DNA of 64,000 nt, taken from assembly GCA_963715335.1 (NCBI GenBank), contig CAVQRZ010000019.1, positions 96,001-160,000 of the forward strand. Reading direction: 5' to 3'. The translations under genes were made by a program, and so were the position numbers. This document shows positions 61,189 to 64,000 of this stretch, one piece after another; position 1 is the first letter of the stretch, and each line of letters opens with the position of its first letter. The DNA is from an uncultured delta proteobacterium (GTDB lineage Bacteria > Desulfobacterota > Desulfuromonadia > Desulfuromonadales > BM103). The notes under the pieces were generated by a model. The model saw nothing but the letters and a program-made list of their open reading frames with translations, did not search any database and was not told where the DNA came from.

Positions 61189-62217
61189 ATGGATATCAGT
61201 TTTAAAAAGACCAACGGTCGACTGGATGAGCTTATTGAAGAGATCCTCGCAATGGCCGAGGTGCATCACCCGAACATCATCCGCGAGATGGTGATCAGCG
61301 CCCTGAAGACCGGCCAGGAAAATGATTACCTGGCTGACCTGAAGATGCTGCGCGCCACCATGAAGGAGATGCGTTATACCAGCAAGATGTTCGGCCCCTA
61401 TCGCGAGCGCAAGAAGGTGACGATCTTCGGTTCGGCCCGAACCGCGCCGAACGAGGAGAGTTACAAGAAGTGCGTGATTTTCTCCAGGCAGCTGGTTCGT
61501 CTCGGCTATATGGTGATCACCGGCGGCGGCCCGGGTATCATGCAGGCGGGCAATGAAGGAGCCGGGGCCGACAATTCCTTTGCCGTGAACATCCGTCTAC
61601 CCTTTGAACAGGGGACCAACCCGGTTATGGAAAACAGCGGCCATACCATCACCTACCAGTATTTTTTCAACCGGAAGGTGGCTTTCTTGAAGGAAGCTGA
61701 CGCGGTCGCCCTCTTCCCCGGTGGTTTCGGAACGCTGGATGAGGCCATGGAAACGCTGACCCTGGTGCAGACCGGTAAGAACCCGCCCATTCCGCTGGTT
61801 CTGATCGATGACGATGATGGCAGCTACTGGGAACCCTGGTTTGATTTTGTCAAGAAGGTTATGCTGAAACGCGGCTTGATCTCCGGGGAGGATTTCAGCC
61901 TCTTCACGATCACCCGCGACCCATTCGAGGCGGCACAAATTATCGATGATTTTTACCGGAACTACCATTCCAGCAGGTGGGTGGGGTCAACCTACGTGAT
62001 CCGCCTTAACAAACCGCTGACCGCAGGGAACCTGGCCGTGCTTGAAGAGGAGTTCAGCGAAATCATCGAGCCCGGAAGCCACCTCGAGATAACCGGGGCT
62101 TTACCGGAAGAACAGGACCAGCCCGACCTTGTTGACCTGCCGCGCCTGGTTTTCCAGTTCAACCGGCGTAATTACGGCCTGCTCAAGGCGTTCCTGCGCA
62201 GGTTGAATGCCTTTTAA
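61189..62217 (+). CDS. LOG family nucleotide monophosphate nucleosidase-like protein
   Basis: IFGSAR, TGGGPGIM, FFNRK, PGGFGTLDE. Confidence 0.9.
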   Translation: MDISFKKTNGRLDELIEEILAMAEVHHPNIIREMVISALKTGQENDYLADLKMLRATMKEMRYTSKMFGPYRERKKVTIFGSARTAPNEESYKKCVIFSRQLVRLGYMVITGGGPGIMQAGNEGAGADNSFAVNIRLPFEQGTNPVMENSGHTITYQYFFNRKVAFLKEADAVALFPGGFGTLDEAMETLTLVQTGKNPPIPLVLIDDDDGSYWEPWFDFVKKVMLKRGLISGEDFSLFTITRDPFEAAQIIDDFYRNYHSSRWVGSTYVIRLNKPLTAGNLAVLEEEFSEIIEPGSHLEITGALPEEQDQPDLVDLPRLVFQFNRRNYGLLKAFLRRLNAF

Positions 62218-62499
62218 AAGATGACGTCGCGCGGTTTGTCGAAAAAGTTATGACGACAGCCCCAAAAGTTATGCAAGGTGTTTCCTGCGGATCTTTCTCG
62301 CCGGTTTCAGCTCTGGCGTGAGCGGTGGAGCACGTCCCTGGTGACACACCGGTTGGGCTGACCAAGGGCCTTATTCCGGCTGTCTTTTTGCATGTCGAGC
62401 CGTTTTTTTATTTATCTATACCGACCAATTTGTTTATGCTAGTGTAGCGAGCCTTGCCCCCGGCAAGACATCCGTTACAATGATGAACAGAGGTGTGAA

Positions 62500-62616
62500 A
62501 TGTTTGAAGCAATGAGTGGCATGGTCTGTTTTGTGACCGTTACGGTAAGCCTGCTTTACGGCACGAGGATAAGCTGGCTCTGTGGCAAGAGGTGTGCCTT
62601 CAAGGAGCAGCCCTGA
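62500..62616 (+). CDS. Putative 38-aa membrane peptide (not in the ORF track)
   Basis: GAGGTG RBS before ATG; MFEAMSGMVCFVTVTVSLLYGTRISWLCGKRCAFKEQP. Confidence 0.4.
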   Translation: MFEAMSGMVCFVTVTVSLLYGTRISWLCGKRCAFKEQP

Positions 62617-62815
62617 AATTAAAAGACAAGCCCTGTCTGAAAGTGTCCCGGCTGCGATTGCGGTCTATTTTTTCGGTCTCGTGGTCCTCTACAGCTACTT
62701 TATGAACGGCTTCGTGCTCGTCCTCGTGGCCTCGGTAATCAGTGCTGTAATCCTGGCGATCATGGTGGTTTCGATGGCGATGCCAGAACTGAGACGCAAC
62801 CCCCTCAACAAGTAA
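62582..62815 (+). CDS. Putative small two-TM membrane protein (start uncertain)
   Basis: Two strongly hydrophobic segments followed by a terminator hairpin. Confidence 0.45.
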   Translation: MARGVPSRSSPEIKRQALSESVPAAIAVYFFGLVVLYSYFMNGFVLVLVASVISAVILAIMVVSMAMPELRRNPLNK

Positions 62816-62924
62816 TCACCCGTTCACGATAACCACGCAAACAGCAATGGCCACCCGGCAGTCACTCCGGGGGGCCATTTTATATTTTTGGCGAGACCGT
62901 AACGCCGCGACCAAGCTCTTCGGC

Positions 62925-63866
62925 TTATCGAATATAATCCCCCATGATCAGACCGAGGGTTGTCACACTCACCACAACCCAGAGCAACATTCCCAGCAGC
63001 AATGGTTTCATCCCCACCTGGGCCAGAACGTTCCTGGTCAATCCGGCGCCGATCAGAAACAGCGTCATGACCAGCGCCTGTTTGGCGATGACATGCAGGG
63101 TGTGCCACAGAAAATCAAATGCGGGCAGCCAGGAACTGACGAATGCGGCGGCTACGAAGCCGATGATAAAAAGCGGGATTCCGGTTCTTTCTCCGGATTT
63201 GAGCAAAACGTTTGCGGCCAGGGTGCAGGGTGCGATCCAGAGCGCTCTGGTCAGTTTGACGGTTGTGCCAACCGCCAGCGCAGCGGCGCCATACGATGCG
63301 GCGGCGCCGACAACGCTGCTGGTGTCATGAATCGCCAGGGCGGCCCATAGGCCGAACTGCTGCTGGCTCAGGTTAAACAGCTGTCCGAGCGGCGGGAAGA
63401 GGAGCAGGGCGAGAGCGTTCAGGGTGAAAACGGTTGCCAGGGAAACGGCAATTTCCCGGTCCTTTGCCTTGATAACCGGGGCCATCGCGGCGATCGCGCT
63501 GCCGCCACAGATTGCGGTGCCGAAGGCAACCAGCGTTCGGGTATTTGGCGGGACTTTCATGGCCCGACCGAGGATTTCACCCAGGCCGATGATTGCCGTG
63601 ATGCTGATCAGGGTGAGTGCCAGGGAACTGGCCCCCACTTCGACGACTTCGTTGAAATTAATGCCGAAACCAAGCCCGATCACCGAGAGCTTGAGCAGGC
63701 CCTTGCCTGCTCTGGAGGTTTGATCAGGGAGTGGGTTGCCGATGAAAAAACTGAAGATGAAACCCGCCAAAAGGGCTACAGGTGAAGAGACCATCGGCAG
63801 CGCCGTCAGCAGGAACAGGCCAACAAATACGGCACTGCGGATATTCTGGCTGTTATCGGAGTTCAT
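62925..63866 (-). CDS. YeiH / putative sulfate exporter family (UPF0324) membrane protein
   Basis: GTAICGGSAIAA, GLWAALAIHDTSSVVGA, VKLTRALWI. Confidence 0.9.
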   Translation of the reverse strand: MNSDNSQNIRSAVFVGLFLLTALPMVSSPVALLAGFIFSFFIGNPLPDQTSRAGKGLLKLSVIGLGFGINFNEVVEVGASSLALTLISITAIIGLGEILGRAMKVPPNTRTLVAFGTAICGGSAIAAMAPVIKAKDREIAVSLATVFTLNALALLLFPPLGQLFNLSQQQFGLWAALAIHDTSSVVGAAASYGAAALAVGTTVKLTRALWIAPCTLAANVLLKSGERTGIPLFIIGFVAAAFVSSWLPAFDFLWHTLHVIAKQALVMTLFLIGAGLTRNVLAQVGMKPLLLGMLLWVVVSVTTLGLIMGDYIR

Positions 63867-64000
63867 GTTGTCTCGCGTGTCCCGAAACATCTCCTGGAGA
63901 GAGGCAACCCCTGCTGGAATAAAGAATGGCCACCCGGCAGGAAAACCGGATGACCATTGGCTCTGCAAGCATTAGATGCAGTATCAGGATCAATCAGTGG

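Overview
A 64-kb stretch of a GC-rich bacterial chromosome. Gene content and order (hypABCDE, a multiheme cytochrome/porin pair, a long MCP, heptamer/octamer intergenic repeats) point to a Desulfuromonadales/Geobacterales-type deltaproteobacterium; this is an inference, not a database result. The right third is a conserved housekeeping block: gluQ, rho-rpmE-thyX-prfA-prmC-murA-hisGDBHAFE-yqeY-cvpA-mutS2-dnaG-rpoD-tRNA-Nif3-Zn ribbon-rnpB. The left two thirds are accessory. They contain a glyoxylate-shunt operon with a long ICL2-type isocitrate lyase, hydrogenase maturation genes, sirtuin and macrodomain genes, tRNA-fMet and mnmH, a SAM-I riboswitch before metX, and a decaheme cytochrome with a frameshift-riddled MtrB-like porin, a binding protein and an MCP. 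The best candidate for an undescribed system is the minus-strand cluster at 8.4-15.2 kb. It holds a GNAT-HDAC fusion, two Ddl-like ATP-grasp ligases, a GNAT, a KamA-type 2,3-aminomutase, an MgtC-family protein and a DUF2179 protein. A clear sigma70 promoter and a strongly structured ~165-nt leader that I could not assign to a known riboswitch sit in front of the ligases. Other notable items are a ~530-bp inverted-repeat-bounded structured element, a tiny Cys-rich protein ending in the clamp-binding motif QLDLF, and a candidate anti-SD sRNA. No CRISPR array, integrase or transposase was seen.
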